From: an uncultured Gemmatimonadales bacterium | Lineage (GTDB): Bacteria; Gemmatimonadota; Gemmatimonadetes; Gemmatimonadales; Gemmatimonadaceae | DNA length: 32,000 nt | Assembly (NCBI GenBank): GCA_963701965.1 | Contig: OY969695.1 | Location: 1,603,765-1,635,764 of the forward strand | Direction: 5' to 3' | Shown: positions 15,918-24,561 of the stretch, piece by piece | How positions within the stretch are numbered: position 1 is the stretch's first letter | Layout of the letters: every line of letters starts with the position of its first letter | The notes under the pieces: generated by a model | Database searches by the model: none | What the model saw: the letters and a program-made list of their open reading frames with translations, nothing else | What the model was told of the DNA's origin: nothing | Position numbers and translations under genes: made by a program

Positions 15918-16268
15918 TTGCCGACGTACCTTCGAGGAGTGCCGCGAACGTCACGCCGGGTCGGGCCCGTATTCGAGGCGCTGGCGAATGAGCCTCGGCG
16001 TCAGATCGTGGCCCGTCTGGCGCAGGGCGCCATGAGTACGCCGGAGATTGGTCGGCAGTTCGGCTTCAGCCGGCAGGCGCTCAACCGGCATGTCGGCATT
16101 CTCGAGCGGGCCGGCCTGGTGCGGCGGACCATGCACGGGCGGATGCACGAGTTGCGCCTCGTGCCGGCGCCGCTGGACGAAGTCGTGGAGTGGGTCGCGA
16201 TTCTGCGTAGGGGATGGGAAGGCAACCTTGACCGCTTGGGCCATGTGCTCGGGAGGGACGATGCGTGA
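15918..16268 (+). CDS. ArsR/SmtB-family transcriptional regulator
   Basis: VFEALANEPRRQIVARLAQGAMSTPEIGRQFGFSRQALNRHVGILERAGLVRR is a canonical ArsR HTH. The start is uncertain (TTG 15918 or GTG 15939). Confidence 0.85.
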   Translation: MPTYLRGVPRTSRRVGPVFEALANEPRRQIVARLAQGAMSTPEIGRQFGFSRQALNRHVGILERAGLVRRTMHGRMHELRLVPAPLDEVVEWVAILRRGWEGNLDRLGHVLGRDDA

Positions 16269-16680
16269 GTCAGTCACCCTCGTGCGCGACTATCCGCTCC
16301 CGCCAGCCCACGTGTTTCGGGCGTGGACCGACGTCGAGTTGCTCGGCCGATGGTTCGGGTGTGGTCCCGACATGCTGTGGACCATCCACGAGTGGGATGT
16401 GCGTGTCGGCGGCGCCATCCACGTGAGCCTCCTATTCGACAAAGGACCGTATGTCGTGCGCGGCGAGTTTCTGATCGTCGATCCGCCGCGCCGTCTGCGC
16501 TATCGATTTGGCGACGCACACATCGTCGATGTGACGATCGAGGCGCACGGCGCGGGCAGCCGCGTCACGGTGCGCAACGAGGGCCTCGACACGCCGGACA
16601 TGCGCGCGACCATCGAGGCCGGCTGGACCAGCGGGTTGGCGCAACTCGGGGCGTTGGTCGCGACGGCTCCCGTCTCATAA
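16261..16680 (+). CDS. SRPBCC (AHSA1/START-like) domain protein
   Basis: The ATG overlaps the arsR-like stop by 8 nt. PPAHVFRAWTDVELLGRWFG...VGGAIHV...RGEFLIVDPPRRLRYRF...GWTSGLAQL matches the Aha1/SRPBCC pattern. That pattern is commonly paired with ArsR regulators. Confidence 0.85.
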   Translation: MRESVTLVRDYPLPPAHVFRAWTDVELLGRWFGCGPDMLWTIHEWDVRVGGAIHVSLLFDKGPYVVRGEFLIVDPPRRLRYRFGDAHIVDVTIEAHGAGSRVTVRNEGLDTPDMRATIEAGWTSGLAQLGALVATAPVS

Positions 16681-17075
16681 TGCCCGCCAAGAAAGCGGCC
16701 AAAAAAGCGGCCAAGAAAACGAGCGTCCCCCCGGACCAGATGCGACTCTACGAGCAGCTCGTTGCCGCGGCCGGCATCGATGTCAAATCAAACTTCGGAT
16801 CCGGATACACGGCCGTGAACGGGAACATGTTCTCGATGATCTCGAAGTACGGGGTCGTCGGCATCCGCCTGCCCGATGCCGATCGCGCCGCATTTCTCGC
16901 GAAGTACGACGCCGAGATTTTCCGGGCCGATCCGAAATGGCCGCCGAATCCCGAGTACGTCGCGGTGCCCGCCGACCTCCTGGCGAATACGCGGGCGCTT
17001 GCGCCGTATCTGTCGCGGGCGCACCGCTACGCGCTCGGCCTGCGCCCGAAGGCGACCAAGACGACAAAATCGTGA
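16680..17075 (+). CDS. TfoX-N-like domain protein with a Lys/Ala-rich (AKKAAKKAAKK) N-terminal tail
   Basis: The ATG overlaps the SRPBCC stop as TAATG. N-terminus is MPAKKAAKKAAKKTS. The body (GYTAVNGNMFSMISKYGVVGIRLPDADRAAFL) resembles the TfoX/Sxy N-terminal domain. The family assignment is tentative. Confidence 0.5.
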   Translation: MPAKKAAKKAAKKTSVPPDQMRLYEQLVAAAGIDVKSNFGSGYTAVNGNMFSMISKYGVVGIRLPDADRAAFLAKYDAEIFRADPKWPPNPEYVAVPADLLANTRALAPYLSRAHRYALGLRPKATKTTKS

Positions 17076-17163
17076 GGTTGTTGGCCCCCACATCTCACCA
17101 ATTCCTAACATTGAGCGCACGTCACACGCTGGTTTCGGCGCGCTTTCAGAATTAGCATAGCGG

Positions 17164-19581
17164 GTGCTCCTGGTTCCCTTGGTCGTCGTCGGCGCCGCCT
17201 TGCACCTCGCGGCGCCGTTCGTTTCCGACACCGATTCCACGGCCTATCGTAAGGCCGTGACGCCACGCGTCGCCGCGCAGCCCAACGTGTACGACGGGCG
17301 CGCCGGCCAGCTCTCGGTGCCCATCCCGCGCATCAACGCCCAGATTCCCGTGGACGGCACGCTGTCGGCCGAAGTGTGGGGACGGGCGGCGCTGCTCACC
17401 GGGTTTTCCGAGTATCAGCCAGTGGATGGGCGCCCCGCGGAAGACTCCACCGAGGTGCTGGTCTGGTATTCCGCCGACGCCATCTATTTCGGCATCCGGG
17501 CGTTCGAGCTCCACGGCGCCGCGCACGCGACCATGGCCAACCGGGACAAGATCGACGGCGATGACAACGTCCAGTTGATCCTGAGCCCCTTTGTGCACTC
17601 GCATCAGGCGCTCGTCTTCGCCGTGAATCCATTTGGCGCGCAGGAAGACGGGACGATCACCGAAGGCGTCGGACGGTCGCGGGGGTTCGGCGTGAATAAC
17701 GTGACCGGTCCCGATTCGACCGACTTGAGCCCGGACTTCGTGTACGAGTCCAAGGGACAGGTCACGCCTTTCGGTTATCAGATCGAAGTGCGGATCCCGT
17801 TCCGCAGCATCAAGTTCCCGGCGAAATCGCCGCAGGACTGGGGGATCAACATCCTGCGGAAGATCCAGCATTCCGGGCACAGCGACACCTGGTATCCGAC
17901 GAAGTTGGCCGCGTCGTCATACCTCGATCAGGCGGGCACGCTCACCGGGCTCGCCGATCTGAGCGCCGGACTCGTGCTCGATCTGAACCCCATCGTCACC
18001 GAGAAGGCGATCGGCACGCCCACGTTCGGGTCGGGGCCGGGATGGCGCTACGACGCCGATCGCCCGCAGTTCGGCGGAAACGTCCGCTGGGGCATCACCA
18101 ACAGCCTTTTGCTCAACGGGACCTTTCGCCCCGACTTCGCCGAAGTCGAATCCGACGCGACGCAGCTCGTCCTCGATCCGCGCGCCGCCATCCTGTACCC
18201 CGAAAAGCGCCCGTTCTTTCTCGACGGACTGGAACAGTTCAACACCCCGTCGAATCTGATCTACACGCGGCAGATCGAAGCGCCGATCGGCGCCACGAAA
18301 CTCACGGGCAAGGTTGGGGACGTGTCGCTCGCCTATCTCGGCGCGGTCGACAATGAGCCGGCCACAGGCCTCGAGGGCGGCCACCCCGCGTTCAACATCC
18401 TGCGCGTGCGCGAAGACTTCACGCAGGGCTCGGAGATCGGCGCGGCCGTAACCGACAAAGAGATTGGCGGCAGCTTCAACCGCCTGGCCAGCGTCGATAC
18501 CCGGCTGACCTTCGGGAAGCTCTATACGCTCTCCATGCAAGCCGCCGGGAGTACCACGCGCGATGGCGGATTGTCCACCGCCGGCCCGCTGTGGGCGGCG
18601 AACTTCTCGCGCGCCGGCCGCTCGTTCATCATGAACTACAATCTCTCGGGCATCGATCCCGAGTTCGTGGCGGCCAGCGGATTCATCTCCCGCGCCGGCG
18701 TCGCCAACGCATCGGCGGACTGGCGATATACGTTCTATCCCAAGCACACGTTTCTGGACACATTCGGGATCGACCTGCTGATCAACGACACCTGGGTCTA
18801 TCGCGACTTCACATCGGGCCACGCCCCGGAGGATCGCCGCTACCATATCACGTGGCTGGCCACGCTCCACGGCGGATGGCAGTTCCTGTTCGGGCTGTAC
18901 GCCGAGGGCTACGGGTACGACCCGTCGCTGTACGCGAACTACTATCTGGGGCACATCACGGCGCACGACACGACGTACACGCACTTTGTCGGGAGTCCGG
19001 TGATTCCCAACACGGATTACGTGCTGCAGGTCAGCACGCCCGTGTTCTCCAAATTCGATCTGTCGCTGCTCCAGCTCGCGGGACGGGACGAGAACTTCTT
19101 CGAATGGGCACAAGCCGATATCAGCGTCACGGAGTTGACGCTCAACTATCGCCCCACCGACCAGCTCCGCGTCCAGCTCATGTACAACGCGCAGATCTAC
19201 TGGCGGCACGACGACTACTCGATCGCCGCCAAGACGCTGATTCCCCGGCTCGACATCGAGTACCAGCTCTCGCGACCCATCTTCTTCCGGCTCATCGCCC
19301 AATACGACGGCGCCTACCAGAACAACCTGCGGGACGATTCGCGGACGAACTTGCCGATCTTCTTCTTGAATCCGGGAACCACGACCTTTACCCGCGCCGC
19401 GGCGTTCCAGTCCAACCAGTTGCAGCTGTCGGGACTCTTCTCCTATCAACCGATCCCGGGCACGGTCGCGTTTCTCGGATACGGCAATACGCTGGACGAA
19501 CCGAACGGCTTTCAGTTCAATCCGCTCCGGCGCATCGCCGACAATTTCTTCGTCAAGTTCAGCTACCTGTTCCGTCTCTAG
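17164..19581 (+). CDS. CBM9-like/DUF5916 domain protein, probably an outer-membrane beta-barrel
   Basis: GTG start and hydrophobic N-terminus. VDGTLSAEVWGRAALLTGFSEYQPVDGRPAEDSTEVLVWYSADAIYFGIRAFE is the typical N-terminal module of DUF5916 proteins. The remainder is long and rich in beta-strands with alternating aromatics. The C-terminus is FFVKFSYLFRL. Confidence 0.7.
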   Translation: MLLVPLVVVGAALHLAAPFVSDTDSTAYRKAVTPRVAAQPNVYDGRAGQLSVPIPRINAQIPVDGTLSAEVWGRAALLTGFSEYQPVDGRPAEDSTEVLVWYSADAIYFGIRAFELHGAAHATMANRDKIDGDDNVQLILSPFVHSHQALVFAVNPFGAQEDGTITEGVGRSRGFGVNNVTGPDSTDLSPDFVYESKGQVTPFGYQIEVRIPFRSIKFPAKSPQDWGINILRKIQHSGHSDTWYPTKLAASSYLDQAGTLTGLADLSAGLVLDLNPIVTEKAIGTPTFGSGPGWRYDADRPQFGGNVRWGITNSLLLNGTFRPDFAEVESDATQLVLDPRAAILYPEKRPFFLDGLEQFNTPSNLIYTRQIEAPIGATKLTGKVGDVSLAYLGAVDNEPATGLEGGHPAFNILRVREDFTQGSEIGAAVTDKEIGGSFNRLASVDTRLTFGKLYTLSMQAAGSTTRDGGLSTAGPLWAANFSRAGRSFIMNYNLSGIDPEFVAASGFISRAGVANASADWRYTFYPKHTFLDTFGIDLLINDTWVYRDFTSGHAPEDRRYHITWLATLHGGWQFLFGLYAEGYGYDPSLYANYYLGHITAHDTTYTHFVGSPVIPNTDYVLQVSTPVFSKFDLSLLQLAGRDENFFEWAQADISVTELTLNYRPTDQLRVQLMYNAQIYWRHDDYSIAAKTLIPRLDIEYQLSRPIFFRLIAQYDGAYQNNLRDDSRTNLPIFFLNPGTTTFTRAAAFQSNQLQLSGLFSYQPIPGTVAFLGYGNTLDEPNGFQFNPLRRIADNFFVKFSYLFRL

Positions 19582-19612
19582 TAGTTGGCTTGGGCATCCG
19601 TGTCATCATGAC

Positions 19613-20080
19613 ATGACCATAATCCTCTCCGCCCTCCTCGTCGCCGGCGCGCTGGCGGCCAACGTGGCGCACGCCCAGACGACCGAGTCGACGCCAGAGC
19701 GCCAGATCCGGCCGCTCATGGATGAGCTGATGCTGGCCGCGAACGCCCACGACACGGATCGCTACCTCAAGCCGTTCGTGCACGACTCGTCCCTGCTCTT
19801 CGTCTTCAACGGGATCGTGGTCAACGGGTATACCAAGCTGCGGGAGCTCCAGTACAAAGCCTGGAACAGCCCCAAGACCAATGCCGTGTACACCCTTCGC
19901 GGGCCCGACGCCTACACCGTTCTGGATTCCCGCATGGTCATCGTCACCAGCCTCCTGTCCTCCCGGCGGACGATGCCGACCGGCGAGACCAAGAGCGGCG
20001 ACCTGGTGATCACCATCCTCTGGCAGATGCGCCCCGACGGGTGGCACATCGTTCACGCGCACGAATCGACGTTGCGCTAG
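19613..20080 (+). CDS. Secreted NTF2-like (DUF4440/SnoaL-like) protein
   Basis: Signal peptide MTIILSALLVAGALAANVAHAQ. The body ends ILWQMRPDGWHIVHAHES, which is typical of DUF4440-type proteins. Confidence 0.6.
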   Translation: MTIILSALLVAGALAANVAHAQTTESTPERQIRPLMDELMLAANAHDTDRYLKPFVHDSSLLFVFNGIVVNGYTKLRELQYKAWNSPKTNAVYTLRGPDAYTVLDSRMVIVTSLLSSRRTMPTGETKSGDLVITILWQMRPDGWHIVHAHESTLR

Positions 20081-20162
20081 GAACACGTGGTGCGGGCGGG
20101 GAATCGGCGACATATTCGGAGTCGCCACCCAATGTCGCGGTGGCCTCCTCCCTCCCCCGCCC

Positions 20163-22028
20163 ATGCTACGTTCTCTAGTCGTTGCGGTACTGTTGTCGCT
20201 CGTCGCATCGCCCGCGATCGTGCGTGCCCAGGGCCAGCCCCAGACCGCGTCGGTTCGCTCGACGCGATGGGCGCCCATCTCCAACGTCGTTTATGACGTC
20301 ACCGTGGATTCGGCGCGTACCGCGGCCCGGTCGCTGTCCGTGGCGATGCACTTTCGCGTCGCGGGGCCCGGGCCGGTCGTCCTCGCCCTGCCCGCGTGGT
20401 CTCCGGGCCACTACACGCTGCTATGGTTCGCGCGCCGGGTGTCGCACTTTGCGCCGACCAGCGGCGACCGGCCGGTCGAGTGGCACCAACTCGATTTCGA
20501 GACGTGGCGCCTCGATGGCCTGACGCCCGGCGCCTCGGTGACCGTCGGATTCGACTATCGGGCCGACACCATCGATCGGGCCGTCGCCTGGACGCAGCCC
20601 GACTTCGCGTTTTTCAACGGCACGAATCTCTTCCTGTACCCCGTGGGCCAGGGCTTCGACTGGGGCGCCCAGGTGCGTGTGCACGCGCCGGACGGTTGGC
20701 GCGTCGCCACCGGGATGACGCCGGGCACGGCGCCGGGCGTCTTCACGGAATCCAACTATCACGACCTGGTCGATTGCCCGTTCTTCGTCGGCCACTTCGA
20801 CCTGGATAGCGTCGCGGTCAGTGCCACGCCCGGCGGACCCAAGGATCACTGGGTACGCGCCGCGAGTTATCCGGCCGGCGCGGTTACCGGCGCGCACCTG
20901 ACGCGCTGGATGGATTGGCTCGCCAAGATCGCTCCCGCGCACGCGGCCGTCTTCCACGACATGCCGTGGAAGACGTACACGGTGCTGCAGGTGGCCGACC
21001 CGCATCCCAACGGCGGAGGACTGGAGCACCATGATTCCCAAATGGACGAGATCAGCGCCGAGTGGCTCGATCTCCCGTTTCTGCCGGGGCTGTACTCACA
21101 CGAGATGTTCCACGCCTGGAACGTGAAGCGCCTGCGCCCCGCGGACCTGGTGCCGTACCGCTATGACGATGCCCAGCCAACGCCGTGGCTCTGGGTGAGC
21201 GAAGGCATCACCGACTACTACAGCAACATCGGCATCGTCCGGAGCGGGATCGGCGACTCCACGGGATTCTTCTCGGCCATGGCGGTGGCGATGACGTCGG
21301 TCGTCACCGCGCCGCCCACCGCGCTCGCCGACGCGTCGCTGCGTTCGTGGATCGACCCGACGGACGGCTCATCGGGCCTCTATTACCCCAAGGGATTGGC
21401 CGCCGGGTTCCTGCTCGACATCCTGATTCGCGACGCGAGCGACAATCGGCATTCGCTCGACGACGTCATGCGCGCGGTCTACGACTCGACTTACAAACAT
21501 GGCCGCGGCTTCACGCCGGTCGACTGGTGGACGGCCGTGGCCCGGGCCGCGGCGCCGGGAACGCCCCGGATCTCGTTCGCCGACGTGCGGCGGCGGTTCA
21601 TCGAGGGACGTGACGCATTCCCGTGGGAGACGATCCTCCCGCTCGCCGGCCTGCGCATCACCCGGGACAGCGCCCGCGTGGTCACCCTCGGTCTCGCGAC
21701 CAGACCGGACTCCGCTGGCCGCGCGCGCGTCGCGTTCGTGGCGCCGCATAGCGCGGCGGAGCTGGCGGGCATCAAGGCGGGCGATGTCTTGACGCAATTC
21801 GGCGACGTGGTCTTCCATGATCCGTCGCAACTCGACGCGGCCCGACGCCGATACGGCGGCGCCGAGGGCACGACGGTCGACGCCACAGTCGTGCGCGCCG
21901 GCCAAACACTGACATTGCCCGTGGGCATCCGGACGACGGTCGAGACACACATCAGGGTAAATGCCGATCCAGCGGCGTCTCCCAAGGCGGCCAGGATCCG
22001 CCAGGGGATTCTGACGGGAAGCACCTGA
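20163..22028 (+). CDS. M61-family glycyl aminopeptidase with a C-terminal PDZ domain
   Basis: Signal peptide MLRSLVVAVLLSLVASPAIVRAQG. Zinc motif HEMFHAWNVKRLRP with downstream WVSEGITDYY. PDZ-like AAELAGIKAGDVLTQFGDV. Confidence 0.85.
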   Translation: MLRSLVVAVLLSLVASPAIVRAQGQPQTASVRSTRWAPISNVVYDVTVDSARTAARSLSVAMHFRVAGPGPVVLALPAWSPGHYTLLWFARRVSHFAPTSGDRPVEWHQLDFETWRLDGLTPGASVTVGFDYRADTIDRAVAWTQPDFAFFNGTNLFLYPVGQGFDWGAQVRVHAPDGWRVATGMTPGTAPGVFTESNYHDLVDCPFFVGHFDLDSVAVSATPGGPKDHWVRAASYPAGAVTGAHLTRWMDWLAKIAPAHAAVFHDMPWKTYTVLQVADPHPNGGGLEHHDSQMDEISAEWLDLPFLPGLYSHEMFHAWNVKRLRPADLVPYRYDDAQPTPWLWVSEGITDYYSNIGIVRSGIGDSTGFFSAMAVAMTSVVTAPPTALADASLRSWIDPTDGSSGLYYPKGLAAGFLLDILIRDASDNRHSLDDVMRAVYDSTYKHGRGFTPVDWWTAVARAAAPGTPRISFADVRRRFIEGRDAFPWETILPLAGLRITRDSARVVTLGLATRPDSAGRARVAFVAPHSAAELAGIKAGDVLTQFGDVVFHDPSQLDAARRRYGGAEGTTVDATVVRAGQTLTLPVGIRTTVETHIRVNADPAASPKAARIRQGILTGST

Positions 22029-22043
22029 TTATCCGGCGGTTTC

Positions 22044-22083
22044 GGGCCTATCTGTCCGGCCGTTCGCAGGTCAGATTAGGCCC
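22044..22083 (+). other. Long imperfect hairpin between the M61 gene and the downstream pseudogene
   Basis: GGGCCTATCTG (22044-22054) pairs with CAGATTAGGCCC (22072-22083) as 11 bp with one bulged T. The loop is 17 nt. No T-tract follows. Confidence 0.3.
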
Positions 22084-22111
22084 GTCACCCTGACCCTCCA
22101 CCGTCGCGCCC

Positions 22112-22738
22112 ATGCCCGTTGTCCTGGTTCTCGCCATCGCCGCCCTCACCGCGCTCGGACCGGGTGATTCGGCGAAGAAGACCGCGCCCGAAACCAGCCT
22201 GCCGATCCTGCCGACCCGGCACACGCAGTTCACCACCGACGAAGGCACGTGGATGTCGCTCGACGTGTCGCCCGACGGTCAGAACGTGGTGTTCGATCTG
22301 GTGGGCGATCTCTACACGGTGCCGATCACCGGCGGCAAAGCGACGCGGATCACGTCGGGCATGGGATTCGACGGTCAACCGCGCTATGCACCGGACGGCA
22401 AATCGATCGTGTACGTGACCGATCGGAGCGGATACGAGAATCTGTGGCTGGTCGACCCGGATGGAAAAAATCCGCGCGCCCTGACCAAAGACCATCTCGC
22501 CCGCGTGGGCGCCCGACGGGCACTACCTGATCGTCTCCCGGACCAAGGCCGGCATTCTGCGATGGCCTTTCTCGCGTCCCGGGCGCTGCGCGCCATGCTC
22601 TACGGCGTGAGCGCCAGCGACCCGCTGCTTATGGCCGGCGTGCCGGTCGTCTTTTCCCTCGTCGCCTTGGCGGCGACGTGGGCTCCGGCGCGCCGCGCCG
22701 CCAGCGTGGATCCCGTCGTGGCGATCAAGACCGAGTAG
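22112..22738 (+). pseudogene. Chimeric relic: the N-terminus of a TolB/PD40-repeat (amidohydrolase-type) secreted protein joined to the C-terminal tail of an FtsX/MacB-type permease
   Basis: The N part (HTQFTTDEGTWMSLDVSPDGQNVVFDLVGDLYTVPITGGKATRITSGMGFDGQPRYAPDGKSIVYVTDRSGYENLWLVDPDG) consists of PD40-type repeats. The next repeat, ISPAWAPDGHYLIVSRTKA, is in a different frame (22494 onward). The tail (RALRAMLYGVSASDPLLMAGVPVVFSLVALAATWAPARRAASVDPVVAIKTE*) is a permease C-terminus. Confidence 0.6.
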
Positions 22739-22756
22739 GCGCCTGTCAGGCCAGAG

Positions 22757-24538
22757 TCAAAACCCTTCCGCGGCACCGTGGACGCGCGGGTCGGGCATGC
22801 CGGAGACGCCGTTGGCGTTTCGCAGAATCGACGCGCCGATACCGAGGCCTCCCCGGGCCGGCTCCACGGGTTGGTGCATCGCCTGGAGCGCCGCGATCGC
22901 GTCATCGCGCAGCCCGTTCGGCTCGTAGAGCAGCGTGTCGGGGAGATGCTGGTGGTGCACGCGGGGGGCGCTCACCGCGGCGTTGATGCCCATGTCGTAG
23001 TCAATGACGTTGGACATGACCTGGAACACGGCGGTGATGATCCGACCGCTGCCGCTGGCACCGGTCACCAGCATCGGCGTGCCGTCCTTCCCCAGCACGA
23101 TAGTCGGCGTCATCAATGAGAGCATGCGCTTGCCGGGGGCGATCGCGTTGGCCTCGCCTTGCACGAGTCCGGCGCTGTTCGGCACTCCGGGCTCGGCGGT
23201 GAAGTCATCCATCTCGTTGTTGAGCAGGAACCCCGCGCCCCCGACGGTGGACGCCGAGCCAAACCCGGAGTTGATCGTCGTCGTGAGCGCCACGGCGTTG
23301 CCCTGACCATCGACGACCGAGAAGTGCGTCGTGTGCATGCCCTCGGTGCCGGCGCCCGTCGGGAACGCGACGGCCGCGGATGGCGTGGCGCTGTCCGGAC
23401 GGATGCTGGCCGACAGACTGTCAGCAAACGACTGCGACAGGAGCCTTGCCGTGGGGATAGTGACCGCGTCCGGGTCGCCCAGGAAGTGATTCCGCACGGC
23501 GAACGCTCGGCGCATCGATTCGGCCAGCAGATGGAGCTCGGCCGGCGAGTGCCACGCCAACGCATGCAGATCGCGATCCTTGAGCATGTCCGCCATGAGC
23601 GCGATCGTCAGGCCACCCGACGACGGCGGCGGCATCGAGATGACGTGATAGCCGCGATAGTCGAATGTGACCGGCGTGCGCCATTTCGCGTGATAGCCCG
23701 CGAGATCCGCCTTGGTGATGATCCCATGCCCGCGCTTCATCTCGGCGACGATCGCATCGGCGGTCGGCCCGGAGTAGAACGCGGTCGGCCCCTTGGCCGC
23801 GATCCGCTTGAGCACCGCGGCCAAGTCGGGATTCCGCCACCGATCGCCGGGATGGAGCGGTTGGCCATGGGGCAGGAACAGGGCGGCGCTCGCCGGGAAT
23901 CGCGAAAGCCGGGCACTGTCCGCGTGCGTGTTGCGCGCGAAGTCCGAGTCCACGACGAATCCCGTGTCCGCCAGGGCGATCGCCGGGGCCAGGACGTCGG
24001 CCCACGGCTTCGAGCCGAAGCGATGATGCGCTTCCCACAGTCCCGCGACCGAGCCCGGGACCCCCGCGGCAAGATCACCGGTCACCGACCGGTCGTCCGG
24101 CTTCCCCGAGCTCCCAATGTACATGTCGCGCGTGGCCGCCGCGGGCGCGGTCTCCCGGAAGTCGAGCGCCACGGGATCACTGCCCGCCATCTTGGCGACG
24201 AAGAATCCCCCGCCACCGATGTTGCCGGCCGCCGGGAACACGACCGCCAGCGCAAAAGCCGTCGCCACCGCCGCGTCCACCGCGTTGCCGCCCGCCCGCA
24301 GCACCTCGGCACCGACGTGGGTCGCCAACGGCGCGTCGGTGGCGACCATGCCGTGCGGCGCCGTCACCGCTGGCGCCGTGAGTGGGAATGGCCAATTCGC
24401 GGGGACCGCGTCTCCCGGCGACGCCGGCGTGCCGCCAGCCGTCCCGCGGTCGGCGCCCGCACTGGAGTGACAACCAACAGCGGTCGCGACCGCGACCACC
24501 AGCGCTGATGTCCACATTGTCCCACGGCCGACCGGCAT
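22757..24538 (-). CDS. ggt: Gamma-glutamyltransferase
   Basis: ATG at 24538 is preceded by GGAGGAG 5 nt upstream. There is a signal-like N-terminus. Conserved GGT blocks are GGNAVDAAVATAFALAVVFPAAGNIGGGGF, the autoprocessing and nucleophile site GMHTTHFSVVD, and TTTINSGFGS with MDDF. The upstream 118 codons of ORF 22757..24892 were discarded. Confidence 0.9.
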   Translation of the reverse strand: MPVGRGTMWTSALVVAVATAVGCHSSAGADRGTAGGTPASPGDAVPANWPFPLTAPAVTAPHGMVATDAPLATHVGAEVLRAGGNAVDAAVATAFALAVVFPAAGNIGGGGFFVAKMAGSDPVALDFRETAPAAATRDMYIGSSGKPDDRSVTGDLAAGVPGSVAGLWEAHHRFGSKPWADVLAPAIALADTGFVVDSDFARNTHADSARLSRFPASAALFLPHGQPLHPGDRWRNPDLAAVLKRIAAKGPTAFYSGPTADAIVAEMKRGHGIITKADLAGYHAKWRTPVTFDYRGYHVISMPPPSSGGLTIALMADMLKDRDLHALAWHSPAELHLLAESMRRAFAVRNHFLGDPDAVTIPTARLLSQSFADSLSASIRPDSATPSAAVAFPTGAGTEGMHTTHFSVVDGQGNAVALTTTINSGFGSASTVGGAGFLLNNEMDDFTAEPGVPNSAGLVQGEANAIAPGKRMLSLMTPTIVLGKDGTPMLVTGASGSGRIITAVFQVMSNVIDYDMGINAAVSAPRVHHQHLPDTLLYEPNGLRDDAIAALQAMHQPVEPARGGLGIGASILRNANGVSGMPDPRVHGAAEGF

Positions 24539-24561
24539 ACGACTCCTCCGAGACTTGGAGC

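Noticed and set aside
17917-19449. 510-aa minus-strand ORF opposite the CBM9/DUF5916 gene
   Set aside because: Shadow ORF with biased R/E/G/V composition. The plus frame has a signal-like N-terminus, a recognisable N-terminal module and a beta-barrel-like C-terminus.
23159-24508. 449-aa plus-strand ORF opposite ggt
   Set aside because: The ggt frame has the nucleophile Thr motif and conserved blocks. The antisense product is an R/G/D-rich shadow.
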